Of a stretch of 64,000 bases of DNA, positions 1-19,875 are shown in pieces (position 1 is the first letter of the stretch; each line of letters starts with the position of its first letter). A program made the translations under genes and the position numbers. The DNA comes from Candidatus Marinacidobacterales bacterium (GTDB lineage Bacteria > Acidobacteriota > Vicinamibacteria > Marinacidobacterales > SMYC01), in contig OZ240210.1 of assembly GCA_965197495.1 (NCBI GenBank), forward strand, positions 3,623,898-3,687,897. The letters run 5' to 3'. The notes under the pieces are model-generated. The model was given only the letters and a program-made list of their open reading frames with translations, made no database searches and was not told the DNA's origin.

Positions 1-2898
<2,898 letters not shown>

Positions 2899-2955
2899 TC
2901 GAGATTGTTCTGTTTCCGCGTTTTTTTCTGCTCCTAACACACTGGGAGGAAGAAT

Positions 2956-7143
<4,188 letters not shown>

Positions 7144-7226
7144 TGGACTCGTCGAAGGCGGTGAAAGGATCGAATAACACCGGGTAGGATGCAGGCAGCA
7201 AACAGCGGATAGCAGCGCTGACAAGC

Positions 7227-7255
7227 TTGACCGGTGGCACCCATTTTGCTAAACT
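7227..7255 (+). promoter_or_regulatory. sigma70-type promoter of the str operon
   Basis: TTGACC-17 bp-TAAACT with TG extended -10, about 100 bp upstream of rpsL. Confidence 0.65.
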
Positions 7256-7261
7256 CGGCAG

Positions 7262-7318
7262 GTTGTCCTGAACTCCGGCTGGCTTGGGGTTCAGGATTTC
7301 TTTTTCAGGAATGACAAC
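7262..7318 (+). promoter_or_regulatory. structured rpsL leader (hairpin plus U tract, alternative pairing)
   Basis: TCCTGAACTCC/GGGGTTCAGGA stem followed by TTTCTTTTT; a second TTCAGGA..GACAAC can pair with the same 5' arm. Confidence 0.45.
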
Positions 7319-7351
7319 TTAGAAGGCCCACTAAAAGGAAAGACGAAGACG

Positions 7352-7726
7352 TTGCCGACTTTTAGTCAACTGGTTCGGAAGGGACGGAAACGAGCCGTTT
7401 CCAAGACGGACAGTCCTGCTCTGGCGGCGTGCCCGCAGAAGCGCGGTGTTTGCATCCGGGTATTCATCTCCACTCCGAAGAAACCAAACTCTGCACTCAG
7501 GAAGGTCGCCCGCGTCCGGCTCACTAACGGCATCGAGGTGACGACCTATATCCCGGGCGTCGGCCACAACCTTCAAGAGCACTCGATCGTCCTCGTCCGG
7601 GGCGGCCGAGTGAAAGATTTACCGGGTGTACGTTACCACGTGGTGCGTGGGTCTCTCGATGCCGTCGGCGTCGAAGGACGCAAGAACGGCCGTTCCAAGT
7701 ACGGAACCAAGCGGCCGAAGGCGTAG
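7352..7726 (+). CDS. rpsL: 30S ribosomal protein S12
   Basis: [27 protein letters not shown]. Confidence 0.99.
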   Translation: MPTFSQLVRKGRKRAVSKTDSPALAACPQKRGVCIRVFISTPKKPNSALRKVARVRLTNGIEVTTYIPGVGHNLQEHSIVLVRGGRVKDLPGVRYHVVRGSLDAVGVEGRKNGRSKYGTKRPKA

Positions 7727-7744
7727 GCCAAAAGCGTAAAACCG

Positions 7745-8215
7745 ATGCCCAGACGACGCGAGGTACCGAAGCGTACCCCCCAGCCAGACCCGATTTACAA
7801 CAGCGGACTGGTCTCGAACTTCATCAATGTCGTGATGAAAGAAGGCAAAAAGTCCACGGCCGAGAGGATCGTCTATGGCGCTCTCAAGAAAATCGAAGAG
7901 CGCACTTCTGAAGATCCTTTAAAGGTCTTCAAGAAAGCCGTAGACAACGTCAAGCCTACTCTCGAGGTAAAGAGCCGCCGCGTCGGAGGCAGTAACTACC
8001 AAGTACCTATCGAAGTGCGCCCGGAGCGAAGGACGTCTCTCTCGCTTCGTTGGCTCATAAACTTCGCCCGCTCCCGTCCGGAGAAGACGATGGTCGACAA
8101 GCTCGCTGGCGAGCTACTCGACGCCTCGTCTAATCGAGGTGGGGCGGTCAAGAGGCGGGAGGATACACACCGTATGGCGGAGGCCAACAAAGCTTTCGCG
8201 CATTACCGCTGGTAA
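7745..8215 (+). CDS. rpsG: 30S ribosomal protein S7
   Basis: [27 protein letters not shown]. Confidence 0.99.
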   Translation: MPRRREVPKRTPQPDPIYNSGLVSNFINVVMKEGKKSTAERIVYGALKKIEERTSEDPLKVFKKAVDNVKPTLEVKSRRVGGSNYQVPIEVRPERRTSLSLRWLINFARSRPEKTMVDKLAGELLDASSNRGGAVKRREDTHRMAEANKAFAHYRW

Positions 8216-8387
8216 AACGGTTCCTCCTAAGCTTCCAGCCAAGCATCCGCACTTTGTTAGCCTGGTAGGCATGAGCGGATAGCTATTGTATCGAGGGCGC
8301 TATCCCTCGGCGAGAGACGGAAAACGATCGAGAAGAAGAAGACGAAAGCGCTTTTTTACGGGTGCGTCCGGATTCGCGAAAAGACCA

Positions 8388-10466
8388 ATGGCTCGACAAG
8401 TACCACTAGAGAAAACGCGCAATATCGGCATCATGGCGCATATCGATGCCGGTAAGACGACGACGACCGAGCGCATTCTCTATTACACCGGCATCACCTA
8501 CAAGCTGGGTGAAGTGCACGAAGGTACTGCGACCATGGACTGGATGGAGCAGGAGCAGGAGCGGGGCATCACTATCACATCCGCCGCCACGACCTGCTTC
8601 TGGAAGGACTACCGCATCAATATTATTGATACACCCGGCCACGTGGATTTTACCGCGGAGGTCGAGCGGTCGCTCCGCGTCCTGGACGGTGCGGTAGCCG
8701 TGTTCTGCGCCGTGGGAGGCGTGGAGCCCCAGTCCGAGACTGTTTGGCACCAAGCCGATAAGTACGGCGTGCCTCGTATCGCTTTCGTGAACAAGATGGA
8801 TCGCTCGGGCGCGGATTTTCTCCATGCGGTCGGCATGATTCGCGAGCGCCTCGGAGCCAATCCCGTGCCGATTCAGCTTCCGATCGGTTCGGAAGAGAAC
8901 TTTCTCGGTGTCATCGATCTCGTTCGCCAAAAGGCGCTCTTGTACAAAGATGAAACTCTTGGCGCCGAGTTCGAAGAGGCGGAGATCCCGGCCGAGCTCG
9001 CCGCGGACGTGCAGAACGCCCGTGAAAAATTGATCGAGGCGGCCTCCGAAATCGACGATCGCCTCATGGAGAAATATCTCGACGGCGAACCGCTCACCGA
9101 GGACGAGCTCGTCGCGGCCATCCGCAAAGCGACCATCGCGCTGCGGCTCGTTCCGGTCTTGGCCGGCGCTGCCTTCAAGAACAAGGGAGTTCAGCCTCTC
9201 CTCGACGCAGTCGTCGCGTTTCTCCCGGCGCCAACCGACGTCCGCGCCATTGTCGGAAGGTCGCCGGAAGACGGCTCTTCTGTTTTGCGCCTTTCATCAG
9301 ACGACGCGCCGTTTTCTGCTTTGATTTTCAAGATCATGACCGACCCGTATGTCGGTCAGCTCGCTTTCTTCCGCGTCTATTCGGGCGTTCTCGAATCGGG
9401 CTCGCACGTGGTCAACGCAGCGCGCGGTAAAACGTACCGCATCGGCCGGCTTCTCAAGATGCACGCGAACAAGCGGGAGGACATCAAGGCAGTCTATGCC
9501 GGCGACATCGCCGCCGCCGTCGGACTCCGGAACGTTCAGACGGGCGACACGATCGCGGACAAGAATGCACCGGTAGTCCTTGAGTCGATGCAATTTCCCG
9601 AACCGGTCATCGCCGTCGTCATCGAGCCCAAGACCAAGGCCGATCAGGAAAAACTCGGTGTGGCGCTAGCGAAGCTCACCCAAGAAGACCCGACATTCAA
9701 AGTCACGACGGACCCCGATACGGGACAAACGATCATCAGCGGCATGGGCGAGCTTCACCTCGAGATCATCGTCGACCGTCTGCTGCGCGAGTTCAGTGTG
9801 GCCGCGAGCGTCGGAAAACCTCAAGTCGCTTACAAAGAGACTATCCGGCGGGCTTCGAAAGCCGAAGGCCGCTACGTTCGCCAAACGGGTGGCCGCGGTC
9901 AGTACGGTCATGTTCAGATCGAGATCGAGCCCAACCCTGGCGGTGGGTTCGACTTCGTCAACAAGGTCATCCGTGGTGCGGTTCCCAAAGAGTTCATCAA
10001 GCCGACTGAAGCCGGAATCAAGGAGGCGACCGAGCAAGGGGTTCTCGCCGGCTATCCCATGGTGGATGTCAAGGTTTCACTTTATGACGGCTCGTTCCAC
10101 AGCGTCGACAGCTCGGAAATGGCGTTCAAGATTGCCGGCTCAATGGCCTTCAAGACCGCCGTCAAGAACGCGGACCCGGTGCTCTTGGAGCCCACCATGT
10201 CCGTCGAAGTGGTTGTGCCGGAAGACTACGTGGGCGAGGTCATCGCGGACCTCAATTCGCGCCGCGGCCGCATCCAGGGAATGAACCCGCGCGGAAATGT
10301 ACAAGTCATCGGCGCACTCGTGCCGCTCGGGGAGATGTTCGGATACGCCACCGATCTTCGCTCGGCCACTCAAGGACGGGCAACTTTTACCATGCATTTT
10401 CATCAATACGAAGAAGCACCCAAGAGCGTCGGCGAAGAAGTCGTCGCCAAAGTTACGGGACGTTGA
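8388..10466 (+). CDS. fusA: elongation factor G
   Basis: [29 protein letters not shown]; start moved to the ATG of MARQVPLE. Confidence 0.98.
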   Translation: MARQVPLEKTRNIGIMAHIDAGKTTTTERILYYTGITYKLGEVHEGTATMDWMEQEQERGITITSAATTCFWKDYRINIIDTPGHVDFTAEVERSLRVLDGAVAVFCAVGGVEPQSETVWHQADKYGVPRIAFVNKMDRSGADFLHAVGMIRERLGANPVPIQLPIGSEENFLGVIDLVRQKALLYKDETLGAEFEEAEIPAELAADVQNAREKLIEAASEIDDRLMEKYLDGEPLTEDELVAAIRKATIALRLVPVLAGAAFKNKGVQPLLDAVVAFLPAPTDVRAIVGRSPEDGSSVLRLSSDDAPFSALIFKIMTDPYVGQLAFFRVYSGVLESGSHVVNAARGKTYRIGRLLKMHANKREDIKAVYAGDIAAAVGLRNVQTGDTIADKNAPVVLESMQFPEPVIAVVIEPKTKADQEKLGVALAKLTQEDPTFKVTTDPDTGQTIISGMGELHLEIIVDRLLREFSVAASVGKPQVAYKETIRRASKAEGRYVRQTGGRGQYGHVQIEIEPNPGGGFDFVNKVIRGAVPKEFIKPTEAGIKEATEQGVLAGYPMVDVKVSLYDGSFHSVDSSEMAFKIAGSMAFKTAVKNADPVLLEPTMSVEVVVPEDYVGEVIADLNSRRGRIQGMNPRGNVQVIGALVPLGEMFGYATDLRSATQGRATFTMHFHQYEEAPKSVGEEVVAKVTGR

Positions 10467-10498
10467 CTACGTCAAGAACGAAGGAGCTCTGATTCGTC

Positions 10499-11689
<1,191 letters not shown>

Positions 11690-11700
11690 CCGACGATCAT

Positions 11701-11750
11701 CGAGTGAGACCGAGTAAGGCTGAGTAAGACCGAGTGAGAAAAGAGTAGAG
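11701..11750 (+). repeat. degenerate 10-bp tandem array between tuf and rpsJ
   Basis: CGAGTGAGAC CGAGTAAGGC TGAGTAAGAC CGAGTGAGAA. Confidence 0.8.
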
Positions 11751-11752
11751 AT

Positions 11753-12088
11753 ATGGCTGTGATTAGCGAAAAGATCCGAATCCGGTTGAAGGCCTATGAC
11801 TACCGGATTCTGGACCAGTCCACCCACGAAATCGTCGAGACCGCGAAGCGGACGGGAGCGCGTATCGCCGGACCCATCCCGCTGCCGACGCTCAAGAACA
11901 AATGGACGGTGTTGCGATCCCCTCACGTGGACAAGAAGTCACGCGAGCAGTTCGAGATCCGTACCCATAAGAGACTTTTGGACATCTTCGAGCCAACGCC
12001 TCAAACCGTGGACGCCCTCATGCGACTGGATCTCCCCGCAGGCGTCGACGTAGAAATCAAGGCGTTCGGCAAGGAGCATAGTAAATAG
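11753..12088 (+). CDS. rpsJ: 30S ribosomal protein S10
   Basis: [31 protein letters not shown]. Confidence 0.99.
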   Translation: MAVISEKIRIRLKAYDYRILDQSTHEIVETAKRTGARIAGPIPLPTLKNKWTVLRSPHVDKKSREQFEIRTHKRLLDIFEPTPQTVDALMRLDLPAGVDVEIKAFGKEHSK

Positions 12089-12090
12089 GA

Positions 12091-12277
12091 CGTATTTCGA
12101 TGTCGCAACCTGCTACCAGCTTCCCGCTACCCGGTGACCTCACCGCTAGCGCCGGTAGCCGGCAGCAGGTAGCTGACACATGACCGTATTTCGATGTTGC
12201 AACCTGCTACCAGCTTCCCGCTACCCGGTGATCTCACCGCTAGCGCGGGTAGCCGGTAGCCGGTAGCCGGTAGCTGA
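12091..12277. repeat. two direct copies (period 94 bp) of a palindromic element built from GCTACCN / NGGTAGC heptamers
   Basis: Units start at 12091 and 12185 with CGTATTTCGATGT; central hairpin CGGTG-4 nt-CACCG flanked by inverted heptamer arrays. Confidence 0.9.
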
Positions 12278-12279
12278 AA

Positions 12280-12927
12280 ATGAACTCACTAATTGGAAGA
12301 AAGCTTGGGATGACGCAGCGTTTCGCTGAGGACGGTAAGGTCATCCCGCTCACTGTTATCAAGGCGGGGCCTTGTGTTGTCGTGCAGCGGAAGACGGAAG
12401 AGCGGGATGGTTACGATGCCGTGCAGCTCGGTTTCGTCGAAGCGGGGCGGAAATACAAAGCGAACAAGCCGACCGAGAAACACTTCAAGAATGCTGGCGT
12501 GGCGCCGTGCCGCGTGCTTCGTGAATTTGCGCTTTCTGAGGGGGATGCGCCCGAGGTTGGCGCGTCGATCAAAGTCTCGGTCTTTGCCGTATCCGACCAG
12601 GTGCAGGTGAGCGGTGTGAGCAAGGGCAAGGGCTTCGCCGGCGTCATGAAACGCCACGGTTTTGGTGGTGGCAAGGCGACCCACGGCTCTATGCATCATC
12701 GAGCTCCGGGCTCTATCGGCCAATCGGCTTATCCATCTCGTGTTATGCCCGGCATGCGCGGCCCGGGACATATGGGCCAAGACCGGGTCACGGTCAAGAA
12801 CCTCGAAGTCGTCGAGGTCATCGAAGACGAAGATCTCCTGCTCGTCAAGGGCGCGATACCGGGCGCCAACGGAACCTATGTGGAGATCATCAAAACGCGA
12901 TCGGCGAAGGGACAAAACGATGCCTAG
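12280..12927 (+). CDS. rplC: 50S ribosomal protein L3
   Basis: [31 protein letters not shown]. Confidence 0.99.
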   Translation: MNSLIGRKLGMTQRFAEDGKVIPLTVIKAGPCVVVQRKTEERDGYDAVQLGFVEAGRKYKANKPTEKHFKNAGVAPCRVLREFALSEGDAPEVGASIKVSVFAVSDQVQVSGVSKGKGFAGVMKRHGFGGGKATHGSMHHRAPGSIGQSAYPSRVMPGMRGPGHMGQDRVTVKNLEVVEVIEDEDLLLVKGAIPGANGTYVEIIKTRSAKGQNDA

Positions 12928-13549
12928 CGTTCCCATGGTGGATGTGGCTGCCGGTTCTCGCACCGAGAAAGCGCTGAGTGACGCGGTCTTCGGCGTCAAG
13001 CCCAACCGTCACCTCCTGTACGAAGCGGTCAAACACTACCGCGCCGCGCGCCATCGCGGTACCCATGCCACGAAGAATCGCGCCGCTGTGCGCGGTGGCG
13101 GCGCCAAACCCTGGCGTCAGAAAGGCACCGGCCGTGCCCGTGTCGGCTCGGCCCGCACGCCGCTCTGGCGCAAAGGCGGTACGACTTTTGGACCCCATCC
13201 CCGCGACCACAGCTTCAAGCTCAATGCGAAAGTCCAGCTCGGCGCGCTCCGCTCGGCGCTCTCGCTCCGGGTCAAAGAGGAAGGCCTGACGGTCGTGAAC
13301 GAGCTGGCGCTAGAAAAACCGAGCACGAAGACGCTGAAGGGCAAGCTCGAGAAGCTCGGCGCTTTACCGGGCCGAGTGCTCATCGTGGATCAGAATCCGA
13401 GCGACGCTCTCTATCTGTCGGCGCGCAACATGCGTGGCGTCGAAGTACGCTCGACCAAAGCACTCCACACCTATGACGTGCTCGAGGCACGCACAGTCGT
13501 CCTCTCCGAAGAGGCCGCCGCGAGTCTGGAAGAGAGGTTGTCGCGATGA
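12920..13549 (+). CDS. rplD: 50S ribosomal protein L4
   Basis: [23 protein letters not shown]; start at MPSVP, overlapping the rplC end. Confidence 0.98.
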   Translation: MPSVPMVDVAAGSRTEKALSDAVFGVKPNRHLLYEAVKHYRAARHRGTHATKNRAAVRGGGAKPWRQKGTGRARVGSARTPLWRKGGTTFGPHPRDHSFKLNAKVQLGALRSALSLRVKEEGLTVVNELALEKPSTKTLKGKLEKLGALPGRVLIVDQNPSDALYLSARNMRGVEVRSTKALHTYDVLEARTVVLSEEAAASLEERLSR

Positions 13550-13836
13550 ACATGCACGATGTCATCGTCGGACCGCTCATCACCGAGAAAGCGACTGTTT
13601 TGAAGGACGATTACCGGACACTCTGCTTTCGCGTCGCTGTCGATGCGAACAAGACCGAGATCAGAGGTGCCGTCGAGAAGCTCTTTGGCGTCAAGGTGCA
13701 GTCGGTACGCACGGTACGGATGAGCGGGAAGCTGAAGCGCTATGGCCGTTTCGAAGGAAAGCGTTCCAATTGGAAGAAAGCTTTCGTGACGTTGCGAGAG
13801 GGCGAAAAGATGATCGAGTTCTTCGAGGGGGTCTGA
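13546..13836 (+). CDS. rplW: 50S ribosomal protein L23
   Basis: PLITEKA, ANKTEI, WKKAFVTL. Confidence 0.98.
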   Translation: MNMHDVIVGPLITEKATVLKDDYRTLCFRVAVDANKTEIRGAVEKLFGVKVQSVRTVRMSGKLKRYGRFEGKRSNWKKAFVTLREGEKMIEFFEGV

Positions 13837-13842
13837 TAGGAC

Positions 13843-14676
13843 ATGGCAATCAAGAAGTTCAGCCCCACATCTCCCGGACGACGCTTCTACACGGTCCAGA
13901 GCTTCGACGAGCTTACCGAGACGAAACCGCTCAAGTCGCTCACCGAGCCCAAGAAGCAATGGGGTGGCCGAAACAACAAGGGCCGCATCACCGTGCGCTT
14001 TCGTGGCGGCGGTCACAAACGACGCTACCGAGTCGTTGACTTCAAGCGGAACAAGGTCGACGTTCCCGGCAAGGTCGCCTCGGTCGAGTACGACCCGAAC
14101 CGCTCGGCCCGCATCGCGCGGATCCACTATGTCGATGGCGAGAAGGCCTACATCATCCATCCTGTCGGACTAAAGGTTGGCGACACCGTCGTGAGCAGCA
14201 CCAGCGCTGATATCCTTCCCGGGAACTGCTTGCCGCTCGAGAACATGCCGCTCGGAACGCTGGTTCATAACATCGAGCTCAAGCCCGGCAAAGGAGGCCA
14301 AATGGCTCGCAGTGCCGGCGCGGGCGCGCAGCTGGTGGCGAAAGAAGGCAAATATGCGCAGCTGCGGCTCCCGTCGGGTGAAGTCCGGATCGTGCACAAG
14401 AAATGCCGTGCCACCGTGGGCCAAGTCGGCAATATCGAGCACGAGCGGGTCACCATTGGCAAGGCGGGCCGGAAACGTTGGATGGGTCGCCGTCCTCACA
14501 ATCGAGGTGTGACGATGAACCCGGTCGACCATCCGCATGGTGGCGGCGAGGGCAGTACCGCGGGAGGACGTCACCCTGTGACGCCCTGGGGCGTGCCGAC
14601 CAAGGGTTACAAGACGCGGAACAACAAGCGCACAGACAAGTTCATCGTTCGCCGGCGCGGCAAGAAAAGAGGCTAG
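13843..14676 (+). CDS. rplB: 50S ribosomal protein L2
   Basis: [24 protein letters not shown]. Confidence 0.99.
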   Translation: MAIKKFSPTSPGRRFYTVQSFDELTETKPLKSLTEPKKQWGGRNNKGRITVRFRGGGHKRRYRVVDFKRNKVDVPGKVASVEYDPNRSARIARIHYVDGEKAYIIHPVGLKVGDTVVSSTSADILPGNCLPLENMPLGTLVHNIELKPGKGGQMARSAGAGAQLVAKEGKYAQLRLPSGEVRIVHKKCRATVGQVGNIEHERVTIGKAGRKRWMGRRPHNRGVTMNPVDHPHGGGEGSTAGGRHPVTPWGVPTKGYKTRNNKRTDKFIVRRRGKKRG

Positions 14677-14682
14677 AGAGCT

Positions 14683-14967
14683 ATGGCGAGATCACTCAAA
14701 AAGGGGCCTTTCTTGGACGACAGCCTGCTAAACAAGATCGACATCATGAACAACGCGGGAGAGAAGAAGGTCTTGAAGACCTGGTCGCGCAGGTCGACCA
14801 TCATCCCCGAAATGGTGGGACACACCATCGCCGTTCACAATGGCAAGAAGTTCATCCCCGTCTACATCACGGAGAACATGGTCGGGCACAAGCTCGGCGA
14901 GTTTTCCCCAACCCGCACCTTCCGGGGTCACACGACGAAGACGGACAAAGCCTCGAAGATGCGCTAG
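14683..14967 (+). CDS. rpsS: 30S ribosomal protein S19
   Basis: [23 protein letters not shown]. Confidence 0.99.
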   Translation: MARSLKKGPFLDDSLLNKIDIMNNAGEKKVLKTWSRRSTIIPEMVGHTIAVHNGKKFIPVYITENMVGHKLGEFSPTRTFRGHTTKTDKASKMR

Positions 14968-14996
14968 AGCTTTGGAATAGGACCGGAGACTGAAAG

Positions 14997-15356
14997 ATGG
15001 TTGAAGCAAGGGCAACTGCCAAACACGTTCGAGGCTCGCCATCGAAAGCACGCCTCGTCATCGATCTCATCCGCGGTAAAAAGGCTGCCGAGGCGTTGTC
15101 AATTTTGAGGAACACGAACAAGCGTGTGTCCCGGCCGCTCGAGAAGGTCCTTCGCTCCGCGATAGCCAATGCGCAACAGAAGGCCGTCGAAGAGGCCAAG
15201 CGGATCGACGAGGACGATCTCGTCGTGAGCAAGGCTTATGCCGACCCAGGGCCGACGCTCAAGCGAGTCCGTCCGGCGCCGATGGGCCGTGCTTTCAGAA
15301 TCGTGCATCGCACGTCGCACTTGACGATCGAAGTTTCGGAACAGGAAGAGAGCTGA
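14997..15356 (+). CDS. rplV: 50S ribosomal protein L22
   Basis: SPSKARLVIDLIRG, RPAPMGRA. Confidence 0.98.
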   Translation: MVEARATAKHVRGSPSKARLVIDLIRGKKAAEALSILRNTNKRVSRPLEKVLRSAIANAQQKAVEEAKRIDEDDLVVSKAYADPGPTLKRVRPAPMGRAFRIVHRTSHLTIEVSEQEES

Positions 15357-15359
15357 TCA

Positions 15360-16043
15360 ATGGGACAGAAAGTCCATCCATACGGGTTTCGGCTCGGCTA
15401 TAACAAGACGTGGCGCTCGCGGTGGTATGCCGAGCGTGACTACGGAAAGCTCCTCCATGAGGACTTGAAGCTAAAACGCCAGCTCAAGAAGCGCTTTTCG
15501 CACGCGGGTGTGTCTCGAGTCGAGATCGAGCGTGCCGCGAACAAACTCAAAATCAATATCCACACCTCGCGCCCCGGGATCATCATCGGACGCAAAGGCA
15601 CCGAGGTCGACAAGCTCAAGCAGGAAATCCAGGCGACGACCCAGCGCGAGGTCTATATCAATATCATCGAGGTCGCTAGGCCCGAGCTCGACGCGCAGCT
15701 CGTCGCCGAGTCCATCGCCCTGCAGCTCGAAAAGCGCATCGCCTTCCGCCGCGCGATGCGCAAGGCCATCGATGCCACGATGCGCTTCGGCGCGAAGGGC
15801 GTGCGCGTGCGCTGCGCTGGCCGGCTGAACGGCGCCGAGATCGCGCGCTCGGAGTGGTACCTGCTCGGGCAAGTCCCGCTGCACACGATCCGCGCGGATA
15901 TCGATTACGGATTCGCCGAAGCTTTCACGACTTATGGCCAGATCGGCATCAAGTGCTGGATCTACAAAGGCGAGTCGCTTCCCCTGGGCCCTGCATTTCG
16001 CGAGGAGTCGGGTGATCGCTCGCGGCCACGCAGAACGGAGTAA
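15360..16043 (+). CDS. rpsC: 30S ribosomal protein S3
   Basis: [26 protein letters not shown]. Confidence 0.99.
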   Translation: MGQKVHPYGFRLGYNKTWRSRWYAERDYGKLLHEDLKLKRQLKKRFSHAGVSRVEIERAANKLKINIHTSRPGIIIGRKGTEVDKLKQEIQATTQREVYINIIEVARPELDAQLVAESIALQLEKRIAFRRAMRKAIDATMRFGAKGVRVRCAGRLNGAEIARSEWYLLGQVPLHTIRADIDYGFAEAFTTYGQIGIKCWIYKGESLPLGPAFREESGDRSRPRRTE

Positions 16044-16049
16044 GTCGTT

Positions 16050-16466
16050 ATGTTGATGCCGAAGAAAGTCAAACACCGTAAGGTCCAAAGGGGCCGAATG
16101 AAGGGCAAGGCTTGGAAAGGCCACACGGTGTCCTTCGGCGATTACGGTCTAAAGGTGCTCGAGCCCGGATGGATCACGGATCGCCAGATCGAGGCTGCTC
16201 GGGTCGCGATAACGCGTTTCGTCAAAAGGACCGGCCGCATCTGGATTCGGATCTTTCCCGACAAGCCCGTCACCAAGAAGCCGCAAGAAACACGCATGGG
16301 TAAAGGTAAAGGTAGCCCGGAGCTCTGGGTGGCCGTGGTGAAGCCGGGACGGATTCTCTACGAGATGGAAGGGGTTTCCGCCGAGACCGCGCGCGAAGCG
16401 ATGCGGCTCGCGGGACACAAGCTTCCGCTCAAAACCAAATTCGTCACCCGTTTCGAGGAGGGTTGA
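16050..16466 (+). CDS. rplP: 50S ribosomal protein L16
   Basis: [17 protein letters not shown]. Confidence 0.99.
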   Translation: MLMPKKVKHRKVQRGRMKGKAWKGHTVSFGDYGLKVLEPGWITDRQIEAARVAITRFVKRTGRIWIRIFPDKPVTKKPQETRMGKGKGSPELWVAVVKPGRILYEMEGVSAETAREAMRLAGHKLPLKTKFVTRFEEG

Positions 16467-16470
16467 TTCC

Positions 16471-16674
16471 GTGAAGATCGAAAAGATTCGGGAGTTCGGC
16501 GAGGATGAGTTGAGAGATAAAGTCTCCGATTTGGCTGAGGAGATCTTTCGCACCAGGCTTCAGAAAGAGACGGGTCAGCTCGATCAAATGGGGAAAGTCC
16601 GTGACTTGCGGCGAGATCTCGCCCGAGTGAAAACGGTGCTGCGGCAAATGGAGATCGAGACGAGCCGTAGTTAG
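16471..16674 (+). CDS. rpmC: 50S ribosomal protein L29
   Basis: Operon position; LRRDLARVKTVL. Confidence 0.95.
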   Translation: MKIEKIREFGEDELRDKVSDLAEEIFRTRLQKETGQLDQMGKVRDLRRDLARVKTVLRQMEIETSRS

Positions 16675-16720
16675 GCCTATTTAAGCCGAGTTAAGCCAAG
16701 TTAAGAACGAGGAACACGAG

Positions 16721-17005
16721 ATGCCCAAGGTAGTCAAAGTAGGCGTGGTCAAGAGCAACAAGATGGACAAGACCGCGGTGGTGAGCGTCGAGCGTTTGGT
16801 GCGCCATCCGCTCTATACGCGCGCGTTCAAGAAGACGTCCAATTTCACTGTACATGACGAAGCGAACAAGTGCCAGATCGGGGACCGGGTGAAGATCGTC
16901 GAGTGCCGCCCGATCTCCAAGCGCAAGCGCTGGAAGCTCGTAGAGATTTTAGTATCGCCGGCCGAGCGTGAGACTCAGGCCCAAGTAGTTGACGATGCGA
17001 AGTAG
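16721..17005 (+). CDS. rpsQ: 30S ribosomal protein S17
   Basis: [19 protein letters not shown]. Confidence 0.98.
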   Translation: MPKVVKVGVVKSNKMDKTAVVSVERLVRHPLYTRAFKKTSNFTVHDEANKCQIGDRVKIVECRPISKRKRWKLVEILVSPAERETQAQVVDDAK

Positions 17006-17025
17006 TTGACGATAGGGAACGAACG

Positions 17026-17394
17026 ATGATTCAGATGCAAACGGTCCTCGAAGTGACCGACAATTCGGGGGCCAAGAAAATCCTCTGCATCCAGCCGAGA
17101 GGTGGCGGGGTCGGGCGCATCGCTCATCTTGGCGACGTGATCACGGCGTCGGTCAAGGAAGCGACGCCGGAAAGCCCGATCAAGAAGGGGACGGTCGTGA
17201 AAGCGGTGATCGTGCGGACCCGCAAGGAGCAGCGCCGCAAGGACGGCACTTATATCCGTTTCGACAACAACGCGGCCGTCATTATTAATGACCAGAACGA
17301 ACCGCTCGGAACGCGCGTGTTCGGGCCGGTGGCTCGGGAGCTTCGTGAGAAGAAATTCATGAAGATCGTGTCCCTGGCGCCAGAGGTCCTTTGA
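17026..17394 (+). CDS. rplN: 50S ribosomal protein L14
   Basis: [25 protein letters not shown]. Confidence 0.99.
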   Translation: MIQMQTVLEVTDNSGAKKILCIQPRGGGVGRIAHLGDVITASVKEATPESPIKKGTVVKAVIVRTRKEQRRKDGTYIRFDNNAAVIINDQNEPLGTRVFGPVARELREKKFMKIVSLAPEVL

Positions 17395-17395
17395 A

Positions 17396-17725
17396 GTGGC
17401 CAACAAACTCAGTATTCGCAAGAACGATCAGGTCGAAGTCATCTCCGGTCGGGATCGCGGCAAGCGGGGCAAAGTTCTGCGCGTCATCCCGGCTCGGGCC
17501 CGTGCCATCGTCGAGCGCGTGAGCATGATCAAGCGGCACACGCGGCCCAATCCGCAGCAGAACATCAAAGGTGGCGTCGTCGAGCGCGAATCGTCGATCG
17601 ATATGAGCAACCTCATGGTTGTCTGCCCGGAATGCGACAAAAAGACGCGAACGCGTAAGAAGACGCTCGCCGACGGCCGCAAAGTGCGCACCTGCGCCGC
17701 TTGTGAGGGAGTCATCGACAAATGA
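17396..17725 (+). CDS. rplX: 50S ribosomal protein L24
   Basis: KOW motif [15 protein letters not shown]; two CxxC. Confidence 0.98.
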   Translation: MANKLSIRKNDQVEVISGRDRGKRGKVLRVIPARARAIVERVSMIKRHTRPNPQQNIKGGVVERESSIDMSNLMVVCPECDKKTRTRKKTLADGRKVRTCAACEGVIDK

Positions 17726-18270
17726 GCCGTCTCGAAAAGACCTATCACGAGAGCATTCGTCCGCAGCTGATGAAAGACCTCTCCATCACCAACATTTGGG
17801 CGGTGCCGCGCATGACCAAAGTCGTTGTGAACATGGGTGTTGGCGAGGCCTCGGCGAACATCAAGCTTCTCGACGCCGCGATGAACGAGATGGGGGCGGT
17901 GACGGGTCAGCGCCCGGTCATGCGGCGCGCGAAGAAGTCGATCGCGGCTTTCAAGATCCGAGAAGGCCAGCCTGTTGGAGCTTGCGTCACACTTCGCGGC
18001 AAGCGCATGTACGAGTTCATCGACCGGCTCGTCAACATCGCGCTTCCCCGTGTTCGGGATTTCCGGGGCGTGCCGACGAAATCCTTCGACGGCCGCGGGA
18101 ATTACACGATGGGATTGGAAGACCAGCTCATCTTTCCGGAGATCGATTACTCGAAGGTCGATCAGACCCGTGGGATGAACATCACGTTCGTCACGACTTC
18201 GGGTAATGACGAGGGCGCCAAGCGGCTACTCGAGCTCATGGGCATGCCGTTCCGCCGCCCCGGACAGTAG
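17722..18270 (+). CDS. rplE: 50S ribosomal protein L5
   Basis: [23 protein letters not shown]. Confidence 0.99.
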   Translation: MSRLEKTYHESIRPQLMKDLSITNIWAVPRMTKVVVNMGVGEASANIKLLDAAMNEMGAVTGQRPVMRRAKKSIAAFKIREGQPVGACVTLRGKRMYEFIDRLVNIALPRVRDFRGVPTKSFDGRGNYTMGLEDQLIFPEIDYSKVDQTRGMNITFVTTSGNDEGAKRLLELMGMPFRRPGQ

Positions 18271-18336
18271 GACTGTATTTCGATGGGGATTCAGCATTCA
18301 GCATTCAGGTCGCCCTAGTTCAAGGGAGAGTTTATA

Positions 18337-18522
18337 TTGGCTAAACAATCTTCGATTGCGAAGTCGCTGCGCAAGCCCAAGTTCAAGGTGCGGCAGCACA
18401 ACCGATGCAATAGTTGCGGTCGGCCGCGAGGCTATCTGAGGAAGTTTCGTCTGTGCCGTCTGTGCTTCCGCAAGCTCGCTCTGGCGGGAGAGATTCCCGG
18501 TCTCGTGAAGTCGAGCTGGTGA
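18337..18522 (+). CDS. rpsZ: 30S ribosomal protein S14, zinc-binding type
   Basis: 61 aa; [18 protein letters not shown]. Confidence 0.97.
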   Translation: MAKQSSIAKSLRKPKFKVRQHNRCNSCGRPRGYLRKFRLCRLCFRKLALAGEIPGLVKSSW

Positions 18523-18538
18523 GGAGGAACAAGGCATT

Positions 18539-18934
18539 ATGATGACCGACCCGATCGCCGACATGCTTACAAGGATCAGAAACGGCGTCGCCGCACGGCT
18601 CGCCAAAGTGGATATCCCGTCGTCGAAGCTCAAGATCGAGCTCGCGCGTATTCTCAAAGAAGAAGGCTACATCCAGAATTACAAGGACATCGAGGACGAC
18701 AAGCACGGAACCTTGCGCGTCTTCCTCCGCCGAATTGCTGACGGGTCCGAGGTGGTTCAGGGCCTCAAGCGGGTGTCCCGGCCGGGCTGCCGCATCTACG
18801 TGCCCAAGGACAAGATCCCCAAAGTCCAAGGGGGACTGGGTATCAATATTTTATCGACGTCTAGAGGACTCATGACAGGCCGCCAGGCAGTTCGCGAAGG
18901 CGTGGGCGGTGAGATTCTCTGTAACGTTTGGTGA
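18539..18934 (+). CDS. rpsH: 30S ribosomal protein S8
   Basis: DPIADMLTRIRN, VSRPGCRIY. Confidence 0.99.
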   Translation: MMTDPIADMLTRIRNGVAARLAKVDIPSSKLKIELARILKEEGYIQNYKDIEDDKHGTLRVFLRRIADGSEVVQGLKRVSRPGCRIYVPKDKIPKVQGGLGINILSTSRGLMTGRQAVREGVGGEILCNVW

Positions 18935-18952
18935 TGAACGAGGATTTGAAGG

Positions 18953-19498
18953 ATGTCTCGAATAGGCGCTAAACCCATCCCGATACCGAGTGGGGTCAAG
19001 ATTGAAGTGGACGACCGTACGGTTCGCGTCGAGGGTCCGAAAGGCAAGCTGACCACTAGGCTTCCGATCGGGATCCAGGCACGGCAGGAGAACGGCACGT
19101 TGAAAGCCGTCCGCGAGAGCGAGACCGACGAGCTCAAGGCTCTTTGGGGGCTCGCTCGGAGCCTTCTCGCGAACGCCGTGAACGGTGTTGCGGTAGGGTT
19201 CGTCAAAGAGCTCGACATCGTGGGCATCGGCTACCGTGCTCAAGTGGAAGGTAGGAAGGTCAACTTTTCGCTCGGCTATTCGCATCCGATCGAGTTTGCG
19301 ATTCCCGAAGGGATCGACATCAAGATCGACAAGAATACCCATATCGTCGTCTCCGGCGCGGACAAGCAGTTGGTCGGGCAGACGGCCGCCACTATACGCA
19401 GCTTCAGAAAGCCCGACCCGTACAAGCAAAAGGGTATCCGCTACACGGGCGAGCGCCTCAAGAAGAAAGCCGGAAAAACCGGAGTTACTTCTACTTAA
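18953..19498 (+). CDS. rplF: 50S ribosomal protein L6
   Basis: [22 protein letters not shown]. Confidence 0.99.
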   Translation: MSRIGAKPIPIPSGVKIEVDDRTVRVEGPKGKLTTRLPIGIQARQENGTLKAVRESETDELKALWGLARSLLANAVNGVAVGFVKELDIVGIGYRAQVEGRKVNFSLGYSHPIEFAIPEGIDIKIDKNTHIVVSGADKQLVGQTAATIRSFRKPDPYKQKGIRYTGERLKKKAGKTGVTST

Positions 19499-19504
19499 AG
19501 CGTC

Positions 19505-19858
19505 ATGAGAGTTCAAAACACATCGCAAGCAAGAAAGCGCGTTCATCTTCGCGTCCGGAAAAAGGTCATCGGAACAAGGAAGCGCCCTCGCCTCGCCGTT
19601 TTTCGCAGCGCGAAACACATCTACGCTCAGGCGATCGACGACGGAAATGGCCGAACCCTGGTCGCGGCGAGCAGTCGGGAGAAGGACGTCTCAGGCGGCG
19701 GCAACATCAAATGTGCCGCGGCGATTGGCAAGCTGGTCGCCGAGCGCCTTCGCGAGAAAGGTATCGAGAGTGTCGTCTTCGATCGAGGTGGCTTCAAGTA
19801 TCACGGACGCGTGAAAGCGCTCGCGGACGCCGCCCGGAAAGCCGGGCTCAAGTTCTGA
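19505..19858 (+). CDS. rplR: 50S ribosomal protein L18
   Basis: [23 protein letters not shown]. Confidence 0.99.
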   Translation: MRVQNTSQARKRVHLRVRKKVIGTRKRPRLAVFRSAKHIYAQAIDDGNGRTLVAASSREKDVSGGGNIKCAAAIGKLVAERLREKGIESVVFDRGGFKYHGRVKALADAARKAGLKF

Positions 19859-19875
19859 GGAAATAAGGAAGGTTC

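Noticed and set aside
12089-12279. CRISPR-like array
   Set aside because: Only two units, no unique spacers, no cas genes
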